From Acidimicrobiia bacterium (GTDB lineage Bacteria; Actinomycetota; Acidimicrobiia; Spongiisociales; ZC4RG35): DNA of 24,000 bases. The stretch is taken from contig JBAVPF010000549.1 in the NCBI GenBank assembly GCA_049692815.1, forward strand, positions 1-24,000, given 5' to 3'. Below, one piece after another: positions 6,928-13,216 of the stretch. The first letter of the stretch is position 1, and every line of letters starts with the position of its first letter. Position numbers and translations under genes: made by a program. Under the pieces are notes generated by a model. It was not told where the DNA came from, searched no databases, and saw only the letters and a program-made list of their open reading frames with translations.

Positions 6928-7923
6928 ATGACCGCAACCCAATTCTCCGAGATCGAGCTGGCACTGACCGCCGCCGCCCTCAATGGCGATCCAGCCGGGC
7001 TGTATCGCCTCGCCACCGGGCTCATGGATGAAGGCGTTGCTTTCGACACGCTTCTGTTCGACTACTTGTTCCCCGCCGAGCGTGAAGTCGGCCGCCGCTG
7101 GCAGCAAGGCGACTACCTGGTGGCAGAGGAGCACGCCGCCACCGCGGCCGTCGAGACCGTGATCTCACTGCTGAGTGGCATGCTGGATCAGCCGACCAGC
7201 GCAACTCATGTCGTGGTGGCCGCGGCGGAAGGGGACGAGCACTCGCTGCCCGGGCGTGCCGTGGCCGCATACCTCCTCTTTCTCGGCTACAGGACGACGT
7301 TTCTCGGCGGCAGCATGCCGGCAGCGGACCTCCGGGACTTCCTGGAAGCGGAGCGGCCCGAGGCCCTCGTGCTCTCCTGCGCCATCACCAGTCATCTCGT
7401 CGGGGCTCGTTCGATGGTCGCCGCCGCCCACGCCGTCGACGTTCCCGTTGTTGTCGGTGGCAATGCCTTCGGGCCCGAGGGCCGCTGGGCAGAGGTCACC
7501 GGTGCAGATGCCTGGGTCTCCTCGCCCCTCGAGCTGCCGACGGTGATCGATCGATGGGCCGATCCGGGCATCGCGGAACTGAAGGGGGCAGGCGAACTTC
7601 CCTCCGGCCTCGTCGAAGTCATCTCGCACCGTTCCGAGATCGTCGCCCGCACCGAGACAGCCCTCGAGCGGGAGGAATCAGCGCCGGCCGCCACCACCTA
7701 TCACGACGCAGCGCGCATTCTGCTTGGAGCCGTGGAAGCGTCTCTACTCGTCGCCGATCACGAGCCGGCACTCGAGATGATTCGCTGGCTGATGAGCGCT
7801 GCGCCCGCCCGTGGGATCGACGGCGACGAGGTGGTCACCGCCCTCCTCGGAGTCCTCGAGGGGTCCTGGCTCGAGGCTCATGACATGCTGGGCGCTGCCG
7901 TGCGCGAAATGAACTCTCGATAG
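6928..7923 (+). CDS. Cobalamin (B12)-binding domain protein, CarH/LitR-like sensor module without a DNA-binding domain, with an unrecognised ~120-aa helical C-terminal extension
   Basis: B12-binding_2 helical-bundle signature VGRRWQQGDYLVAEEHAATAAVETVI. It is followed by a Rossmann-like B12-binding domain (HVVVAAAEGDEHSLPGRAVAAYLLFLGYRTTFLGGSMP...ALVLSCAITSH...VPVVVGGNAF). No MerR-type HTH at the N-terminus. I prefer ATG 6928 to the track's 6838. Confidence 0.75.
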   Translation: MTATQFSEIELALTAAALNGDPAGLYRLATGLMDEGVAFDTLLFDYLFPAEREVGRRWQQGDYLVAEEHAATAAVETVISLLSGMLDQPTSATHVVVAAAEGDEHSLPGRAVAAYLLFLGYRTTFLGGSMPAADLRDFLEAERPEALVLSCAITSHLVGARSMVAAAHAVDVPVVVGGNAFGPEGRWAEVTGADAWVSSPLELPTVIDRWADPGIAELKGAGELPSGLVEVISHRSEIVARTETALEREESAPAATTYHDAARILLGAVEASLLVADHEPALEMIRWLMSAAPARGIDGDEVVTALLGVLEGSWLEAHDMLGAAVREMNSR

Positions 7924-7959
7924 TCATCCAATCGCGGCAGCGGGTACGAACATACCCAT

Positions 7960-8715
7960 GTGACTGAGAACAAATCGACCCGCCTACGCACCTACAACGT
8001 CGTCATGGGATTGCTCCATGCCGCCCAGGCCATTGCCGTGATAGTCCTCGCCAACGACTTCACCTTGCCCGTGACCGGGACCTTCCTCACCGGCCCGCCC
8101 GGAGTTGGTTCCCCGGAGGTCACCGTCATCGGCAACCTCAGCGTCGCCTGGGGAGTCGCCATCTTCCTCTTCCTGTCTGCGGCAGCTCACCTGATCATCG
8201 CCACACCCGGCGTCTTCGGCTGGTACGAGCGCCAACTCAGCACAAATCGCAACTATGCCCGTTGGGTCGAGTACTCCCTCTCCTCTTCCGTGATGGTGGT
8301 CCTGATCGCCATGCTCGTGGGCATATTCGATGTCGCCGCTCTGCTCGGCCTGGCCGGCGTGAACGCCTCGATGATCCTCTTCGGCCTACTCCAGGAGAAA
8401 TACGAGACGCCCGGAAAGGACGTCAGTTGGACGGCCTACTGGTTCGGCGTGATCGCCGGTGCGGTCCCCTGGGTCGCCATCGGCCTCTACCTGATCGGAC
8501 CCGGCGTCGAGACCAACCCGCCCGGCTTCGTGTACGGCATCTTCTTCTCCCTGTTCGTCTTCTTCAACGTGTTCGCCGTCGTGATGGTGCTCCAATACAA
8601 GAAGGTGGGGCCGTGGGCCCGCTACCGATTCGGTGAGAGCACCTACGTGCTGCTCAGTCTCATTGCCAAGTCGGCTCTGGCCTGGCAGGTGTTCGGCGGG
8701 ACGCTCGCTGTCTGA
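7960..8715 (+). CDS. Heliorhodopsin (inverted-topology microbial rhodopsin)
   Basis: Seven hydrophobic helices, and near-colinear similarity to heliorhodopsin 48C12 as I recall it. Matching blocks: LANDFTLPVTGTFLTGPPG, RWVEYSLSSSVMVVLIA (counterion Glu), GVNASMILFGLLQEKY, PGFVYGIFFSLFVFFN, LQYK, and the retinal Schiff-base Lys in SLIAKSALAWQVFGGTL. Conserved His residues in GLLHAAQ and SAAAHLII. GTG start 36 nt after the upstream gene. Confidence 0.9.
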   Translation: MTENKSTRLRTYNVVMGLLHAAQAIAVIVLANDFTLPVTGTFLTGPPGVGSPEVTVIGNLSVAWGVAIFLFLSAAAHLIIATPGVFGWYERQLSTNRNYARWVEYSLSSSVMVVLIAMLVGIFDVAALLGLAGVNASMILFGLLQEKYETPGKDVSWTAYWFGVIAGAVPWVAIGLYLIGPGVETNPPGFVYGIFFSLFVFFNVFAVVMVLQYKKVGPWARYRFGESTYVLLSLIAKSALAWQVFGGTLAV

Positions 8716-8726
8716 CCGTTCCAGAC

Positions 8727-8759
8727 ATATTGACATCTATCAATATATCCCTCTATCCT
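8727..8759 (+). promoter_or_regulatory. AT-rich promoter plus palindromic operator candidate for the LLM oxidoreductase (leaderless-type)
   Basis: ATATTGA-catcta-TCAATAT perfect 7-bp inverted repeat (8727-8746) overlaps TTGACA (8730-8735). TATCCT (TAnnnT-type -10) lies at 8754-8759 after an 18-nt spacer. The ATG at 8767 is 8 nt downstream with no Shine-Dalgarno. Confidence 0.4.
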
Positions 8760-8766
8760 TCCGGCC

Positions 8767-9825
8767 ATGCGTTTCGGTCTCTTTCTGCAGCCGGTTCACC
8801 CACCGACCGAGCACCCCACCGTCGCCCTGGAGCGAGACCTCGACCTGGTGGAGCTGCTCGACGACCTGGGGTACGCAGAAGCCTGGGTCGGTGAGCACCA
8901 CAGCACCGGATGGGAGAACATCGCGGCGCCAGATGTGTTCATCGCCGCCGCCGCAGAGCGAACCCGGCAGATCCGTCTCGGCACGGGGGTGATCCAGCTC
9001 GGACTGCACCACCCCCTCGTCGTCGCCGACAGGATGATCTTCCTCGACCACCTCACCAGGGGTCGGGCGATGTTCGGTGTCGGCGTTGGAGGCGGGCTTC
9101 CATCTGACCTGAAGGTCTTCGGGCTCACACGGGAAGATGCCGGGAGACGTCTCGAGGAGAGCCTCGACGTCATACTTCGGCTGCTGGAGTCGGAGGAGCC
9201 GGTCGATGAGAAGACCGACTGGTTCGAGCTGCACGATGCGACGCTTCAGCTGGAGCCGTACTCGAAGCCACACCCGACCTTCGCCATGGCAACCACCGAT
9301 CCCCGCAACGTCGAGTTGATGGGCCGGCTAGGGGGACATGTGCTCACCGGCCCGATCCCCGAGCGCGTGCCGGATCTGTTCCAGCATCTGGAGAAGGGCG
9401 CTGCCTCGGCGGGAAGGGCCGCTTCACGAGATCAGATCGTGCTCTCCTATGCGATGCACGTGGCCGAGACCCGGGACGAGGCGATGGCACAGATACGGGA
9501 GGGCGCCATTCATGAGCATTACGAGTTCAACGTCGAGGTGAACGGGGCGCCACGCCCTTCGATCAGCCCGGACGAGTGGTTTCAGAGCTACGCGGAGCGA
9601 CACATCGTGGGAACGCCTGACGATGCAGCCGAGAAGATCGAGCGTCTGCTGGAAGTCTCGGGAGGCTTTGGCGGCATCCTGTTCACCTCCCGTGACTGGG
9701 CCGGCCGGGAGGCATCCTGGGCCAGCTGGGAGCTCTTCGCCAGACAGGTCGCCCCCAGATTCCAGGGCCATCTGCGACAACAAGCCCGCGCCGCCGAGAC
9801 CGCCTCCCGCTTGAACACCCGATAG
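8767..9825 (+). CDS. LLM-class (luciferase-like) flavin-dependent monooxygenase/oxidoreductase
   Basis: MRFGLFLQP...LGYAEAWVGEHHSTGWENIAAPDVFIAAAAERTRQIRLGTGV...HPLVVADR is a typical luciferase-like monooxygenase N-terminal TIM-barrel signature. Confidence 0.85.
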   Translation: MRFGLFLQPVHPPTEHPTVALERDLDLVELLDDLGYAEAWVGEHHSTGWENIAAPDVFIAAAAERTRQIRLGTGVIQLGLHHPLVVADRMIFLDHLTRGRAMFGVGVGGGLPSDLKVFGLTREDAGRRLEESLDVILRLLESEEPVDEKTDWFELHDATLQLEPYSKPHPTFAMATTDPRNVELMGRLGGHVLTGPIPERVPDLFQHLEKGAASAGRAASRDQIVLSYAMHVAETRDEAMAQIREGAIHEHYEFNVEVNGAPRPSISPDEWFQSYAERHIVGTPDDAAEKIERLLEVSGGFGGILFTSRDWAGREASWASWELFARQVAPRFQGHLRQQARAAETASRLNTR

Positions 9826-9842
9826 ACGACGAGTAGGGGCCG

Positions 9843-11480
9843 GTGACCCAATACGGTGCTACCTCGGTGAGAGTCACAGCCGGGCACGATTCGGGATCCG
9901 CACCCTGGTGGCAGACCGCCGTCGTCTACCAGATCTACCCGCGTTCCTTCGCCGACGGGAACGACGACGGGGTCGGCGACCTCCGCGGCATCGTCGACCG
10001 CCTGGACTACGTGGAGCGCCTGGGTGTCGACGCCATCTGGCTCTCGCCCATCTTCCGCTCGCCGATGGCCGACTTCGGGTATGACGTGTCCGACTACGAG
10101 AGCATCGATCCCCTCTTCGGGGAACTGGCCGACTTCGAAGAGCTCCTGGCCGGGGCGCACGCCAGAGGCATACGGGTCTTCCTCGACCTGGTCCCCAACC
10201 ACACTTCCGACGAGCATCCGTGGTTCATCGAGTCGAGATCGTCCCGTGACGGCCCGAAGAGAGACTGGTACATCTGGCACGACCCGGGCCCCGACGGTCT
10301 GCCCAACAACTGGGAGAGCTTCTTCGGTGGCCCTGCCTGGGAGCTCGACGAGACGACCGGCCAGTACTACCTGCACCTCTTCCATCGCAAGCAGCCGGAT
10401 CTCAACTGGCGCAACCGCCAGGTCAGAGCCGCCATCTATGAGGTGATGCGGTACTGGCTCGACCGTGGCGTGGACGGATTTCGGATCGACGTCCTCTGGC
10501 TGCTGCTCAAGGACGAGGAGTTTGCGGACGACCCCGAGCAGCCGCCGCTGACGGGCCCCGAGTTGGTGTACGGGCGCTTCCGCCCAGGATGTGAAGACCG
10601 GCCCGGCATACAGGAGATCGTCGCCGAGATGAGACAGGTCGCCGACGGGTATGACGAGCGGGTGCTGATCGGGGAGATCTACCTACCGGTCGATCGACTC
10701 GTCCGCTATTACGGAGAGGAGCTCACCGGCATCCACTTGCCATTCAACTTCGGGCTGGTGACTCTGCCCACCTGGAGCGCCACGGCCATCCGCGACCTCG
10801 TCGAGGCCTACGAGGCGGCCCTACCCGCCGGCGCCTGGCCCAACTGGGTACTGGGAAATCACGATCAGCCCCGGATCACCACGAGGGTGGGACAGGAGAG
10901 ATCCAGGGCAGCCCAGATGCTGTTGTTGACACTTCGCGGCACCCCGACCTGCTACTACGGCGACGAGCTGGGCATGCCCGACTCCGTCATAGCCGAGGAG
11001 GTGGCGCTCGACCCCCAGATCGAGGCGGGTCGCTCCCGGGACGGGGCGCGTACGCCCATGCAATGGGACGCCGGCGCCGGTGCCGGATTCACCTCGGCGG
11101 GCTCAACGCCCTGGCTGCCCGTCGACCCGTCGTATACGACCATCAATGTCGCCGCCCAAGAGGCCGACCCCCGGTCCACGCTCGCCTTCTTCCGGCGGCT
11201 GACCCATCTGAGAAGGGAGCGCCCCGGGTTGACGGTTGGCTCCATCTCCTTCGTCGATTCACACCACGAAGACGTGCTGAGCTACCTCAGGGAGTGGGAG
11301 GGGGCCCGCATCCTCGTCGTCCTCAACTTCGGGAAGCAGCCGGCCACGGTGGACCTCACCGAGGTCTCAACCGGGGGCCTGATCCTCTGTGCGACCGATA
11401 TGACTCGGGAAGGCAGGGTCGAGCTCGCCCGTGTAGCTCTCCAGCCGGGCCAGGGCCTCGTCATCGACATCCGCGACTAG
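9843..11480 (+). CDS. GH13 alpha-glucosidase / oligo-1,6-glucosidase family
   Basis: WWQTAVVYQIYPRSFADGNDDGVGDLRGI opening. GH13 conserved regions DLVPNH (I), GFRIDV (II, nucleophile Asp), IGEI (III, acid/base Glu), LGNHDQPR (IV). GTG start. Confidence 0.9.
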   Translation: MTQYGATSVRVTAGHDSGSAPWWQTAVVYQIYPRSFADGNDDGVGDLRGIVDRLDYVERLGVDAIWLSPIFRSPMADFGYDVSDYESIDPLFGELADFEELLAGAHARGIRVFLDLVPNHTSDEHPWFIESRSSRDGPKRDWYIWHDPGPDGLPNNWESFFGGPAWELDETTGQYYLHLFHRKQPDLNWRNRQVRAAIYEVMRYWLDRGVDGFRIDVLWLLLKDEEFADDPEQPPLTGPELVYGRFRPGCEDRPGIQEIVAEMRQVADGYDERVLIGEIYLPVDRLVRYYGEELTGIHLPFNFGLVTLPTWSATAIRDLVEAYEAALPAGAWPNWVLGNHDQPRITTRVGQERSRAAQMLLLTLRGTPTCYYGDELGMPDSVIAEEVALDPQIEAGRSRDGARTPMQWDAGAGAGFTSAGSTPWLPVDPSYTTINVAAQEADPRSTLAFFRRLTHLRRERPGLTVGSISFVDSHHEDVLSYLREWEGARILVVLNFGKQPATVDLTEVSTGGLILCATDMTREGRVELARVALQPGQGLVIDIRD

Positions 11481-11513
11481 CGCACGGCGTCAGGCCCATG
11501 CCAAAGGTCGCAC

Positions 11514-12020
11514 TCAGACCCGACCCGTCACCACGAGGTACTCGGCCCGCCTGGCGTTGATGGTCTCCACGGCAGGATCGTGGAAGCCGTGGTCGGCGAG
11601 CTGTTCGGAGACAACGCGGGCCTGAGCGAGATCGAAGCCGTGGCCATCCTTGCCGGGCTTGAGCTTTCTCTCCACGATGAGGAACGCTCCACCCGACGCG
11701 AGCACCCGGCGCACCTCGTCGATGCCGGTGCCCGGAGATGCCCAATGATGAAACGCAGAGATCGTCCAGACATGGGAGAAGACGTCGTCGTCGAACGGGA
11801 GTGCCTCGGCGGACCCCTCTCTGATGATGGCGTTCGGAACCCTTCGGCTGGCCTTGGTCACCATCGAAGGCGTGGGATCGACCCCGTAGACATCCGCTCC
11901 AAGCGCAATGGCGTGTTGGAGCGCAGCCCCGGGCCCGGACCCGATGTCCAGGACCCGATCGCCGGGGCCGACTCCGGCGTGCTCCACCACGGCGCGATTC
12001 GATGCGGGGTTCCGCCACAC
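11514..12020 (-). CDS. Class I SAM-dependent methyltransferase (the N-terminus appears to lie in another frame up to 12100; see finding)
   Basis: Motif I VLDIGSGPG, then GADVYGVDPTPSMV and an FSHVWTISAFHHW...GGAFLIVE post-I/II core. Confidence 0.8.
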   Translation of the reverse strand: MWRNPASNRAVVEHAGVGPGDRVLDIGSGPGAALQHAIALGADVYGVDPTPSMVTKASRRVPNAIIREGSAEALPFDDDVFSHVWTISAFHHWASPGTGIDEVRRVLASGGAFLIVERKLKPGKDGHGFDLAQARVVSEQLADHGFHDPAVETINARRAEYLVVTGRV

Positions 12021-12160
12021 GAGTAGAAGGTGGCGAACAGACTCGACCAGCGCTCGATCTGCTGATCGTTGGGGCCCGAGCTCATGTCTCGGAGGTCCAC
12101 GGCTGACTCACGACGAAGACGCTACCGGAGCCACGTCTGGTTACGGGTGACGCAAAGAGA

Positions 12161-12186
12161 CGGGGCCCCGACTGCCCGGGGCCCCG
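12161..12186 (-). terminator. GC-rich hairpin downstream of the secreted-paralogue gene (terminator candidate)
   Basis: CGGGGCCCC-gactgccc-GGGGCCCCG: 9-bp perfect stem, 8-nt loop, 24 nt beyond the stop codon at 12210. No clear U-tract. The sequence also reads as a 13-nt direct repeat (cggggccccgact twice). Confidence 0.4.
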
Positions 12187-12209
12187 ACTCCTGTGGACCG
12201 TGTGGAGTG

Positions 12210-13094
12210 TCAGTCGGTGTGGACGAACTCGAACACCTGGTGGTGGTCGTGTTGGTCACCCACCCAGACCTCGAAGACGTCGCCCACCGGGGCTCCTTCG
12301 AAGTACACCTTGATCTCCCATTCCCCGTTCTCGCCGACTTCCGTCGTCTGCCTGCCGAACGGAGACTCGACAACGATGGTGTAGCCGGGATGGGCCTTGC
12401 CGTAGAACACGTCGTATGGCGGGTTCTCGCTGCACTCACCGTATGCCTGGTGTGCCACGAACTCCCACTCCTGCGCGGGCTCTTCCTTGGGCTCTTCCTT
12501 CTTCGGCTCTTCTTTCTTCGGCTCCTCGGCCTTGGGCTCTTCCTTCTTCGGCTCCTCGGCCTTGGGCTCTTCCTTCTTGGGCTTCTCCGGGATGTCGACC
12601 ACCACGGTGACGCTGTCTGACGCGTCGTTGCCCGCCTCGTCGATCGCCTTCGCCGTGACGAGGTGCTCGCCCTCGTCGAACTCGAGGACGATGCGCCAGG
12701 AGCCATCGTCTTTCACGTCTGCCTGACGCTCACCGAAGTACACCTTGGCTCCGGGCTCCGTCGTGCCCTCGAAGACCACCTCGTGCTTCCCGAACACCTG
12801 GCCGTCTCCCGGGTAGAGGATCTCGATCGTCGGTGGGTTGTGATCACCGGGCTCGTACGGGACGTATTCGTCCGGCTCTTCCCAGATCACTTCCTCTTTC
12901 TCGACCTCGTCGACCTCGACCGTGCGCTCAGGCTCAGCCTTCTCCTCGATCGTGGTGGTCGTCGCCTCGACCTTCAACGTGGTCCCGGTCGCGACCTCGT
13001 CGTCGGCGACCTTCTCCGGCCCCGTCATGGCCAGGGCGGTTCCGGCAACGGCTACAACCGCCACCGTTGCGAGCAATGCGAGCCATCTGCGCAT
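12210..13094 (-). CDS. Secreted protein: signal peptide, acidic linker, Ig-like domain, (K/A)KEEP repeat linker, conserved unnamed C-terminal domain; paralogue of the 13752-14663 product
   Basis: Signal peptide MRRWLALLATVAVVAVAGTALA|M with AAGGAG RBS 6 nt upstream of ATG 13094 (preferred over the track's 13151). Ig-like block VVFEGTTEPGAKVYFGERQADVKDDGSWRIVLEFDEGEHLVTAKAIDEAGNDASDSVTVVV. The C-terminal 83 aa align with the neighbour's C-terminus. Confidence 0.75.
   Translation of the reverse strand: MRRWLALLATVAVVAVAGTALAMTGPEKVADDEVATGTTLKVEATTTTIEEKAEPERTVEVDEVEKEEVIWEEPDEYVPYEPGDHNPPTIEILYPGDGQVFGKHEVVFEGTTEPGAKVYFGERQADVKDDGSWRIVLEFDEGEHLVTAKAIDEAGNDASDSVTVVVDIPEKPKKEEPKAEEPKKEEPKAEEPKKEEPKKEEPKEEPAQEWEFVAHQAYGECSENPPYDVFYGKAHPGYTIVVESPFGRQTTEVGENGEWEIKVYFEGAPVGDVFEVWVGDQHDHHQVFEFVHTD
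12479..12590. repeat. In-frame tandem repeat, about seven copies of a 15-nt unit (two exact 30-nt copies), encoding a K(K/A)EEP linker
   Basis: cttgggctcttccttcttcggctcctcggc occurs back-to-back (12531-12560, then a near copy from 12561), with degenerate 15-nt units on both sides. It translates on the minus strand to KPKKEEPKAEEPKKEEPKAEEPKKEEPKKEEPKEEP. Confidence 0.8.
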
Positions 13095-13141
13095 CTGACA
13101 CTCCTTGTCTGATGTTCCGGTCTCCCAAGCCCGTCCCGCCG

Positions 13142-13171
13142 TAACACGCACGAAGGGGCGGTGAGGTTTAC
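13142..13171 (-). promoter_or_regulatory. ECF-type promoter candidate driving the secreted paralogue
   Basis: Minus strand reads GTAAACC-tcaccgccccttcgtg-CGTGTTA (-35 AAC motif, 16-nt spacer after the C, CGT -10 motif), about 45 nt upstream of ATG 13094. Confidence 0.4.
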
Positions 13172-13182
13172 GAGTAGCTCAG

Positions 13183-13212
13183 GTAAACCCGAACGGCTGC
13201 CGATGCGAGTGA
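13183..13212 (+). promoter_or_regulatory. ECF-type promoter candidate driving the sigma / membrane-protein operon (would give a leaderless or near-leaderless mRNA)
   Basis: Plus strand reads GTAAACC-cgaacggctgccgatg-CGAGTGA, with the same geometry as the mirror-image site at 13142-13171. The -10-like element ends 5 nt before the GTG at 13217. Confidence 0.4.
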
Positions 13213-13216
13213 TGTC

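Noticed and set aside
6762-7049. Roughly 100-aa N-terminal extension of the ECF sigma suggested by the ORF track (start at 7049).
   Set aside because: The extension is Arg/Ser/Ala-rich with no sigma region 1-like features. It would overlap the divergent B12-protein gene and would bury the GAAC-N17-CGTC promoter inside the coding sequence. Sigma region 2 begins shortly after the 6761/6743 starts.
7942-7957. Small hairpin GGGTA-cgaaca-TACCC just before the heliorhodopsin start, as a possible terminator separating it from the B12 gene.
   Set aside because: It has only 5 bp, no U-tract, and abuts the start codon. It is too weak to argue against co-transcription.
12479-12590. The regular short direct repeats could be mistaken for a CRISPR-like or other non-coding array.
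   Set aside because: The units are 15/30 nt, directly abutting with no spacers. They lie in frame inside a CDS with flanking conserved domains and translate to a coherent K(K/A)EEP linker.
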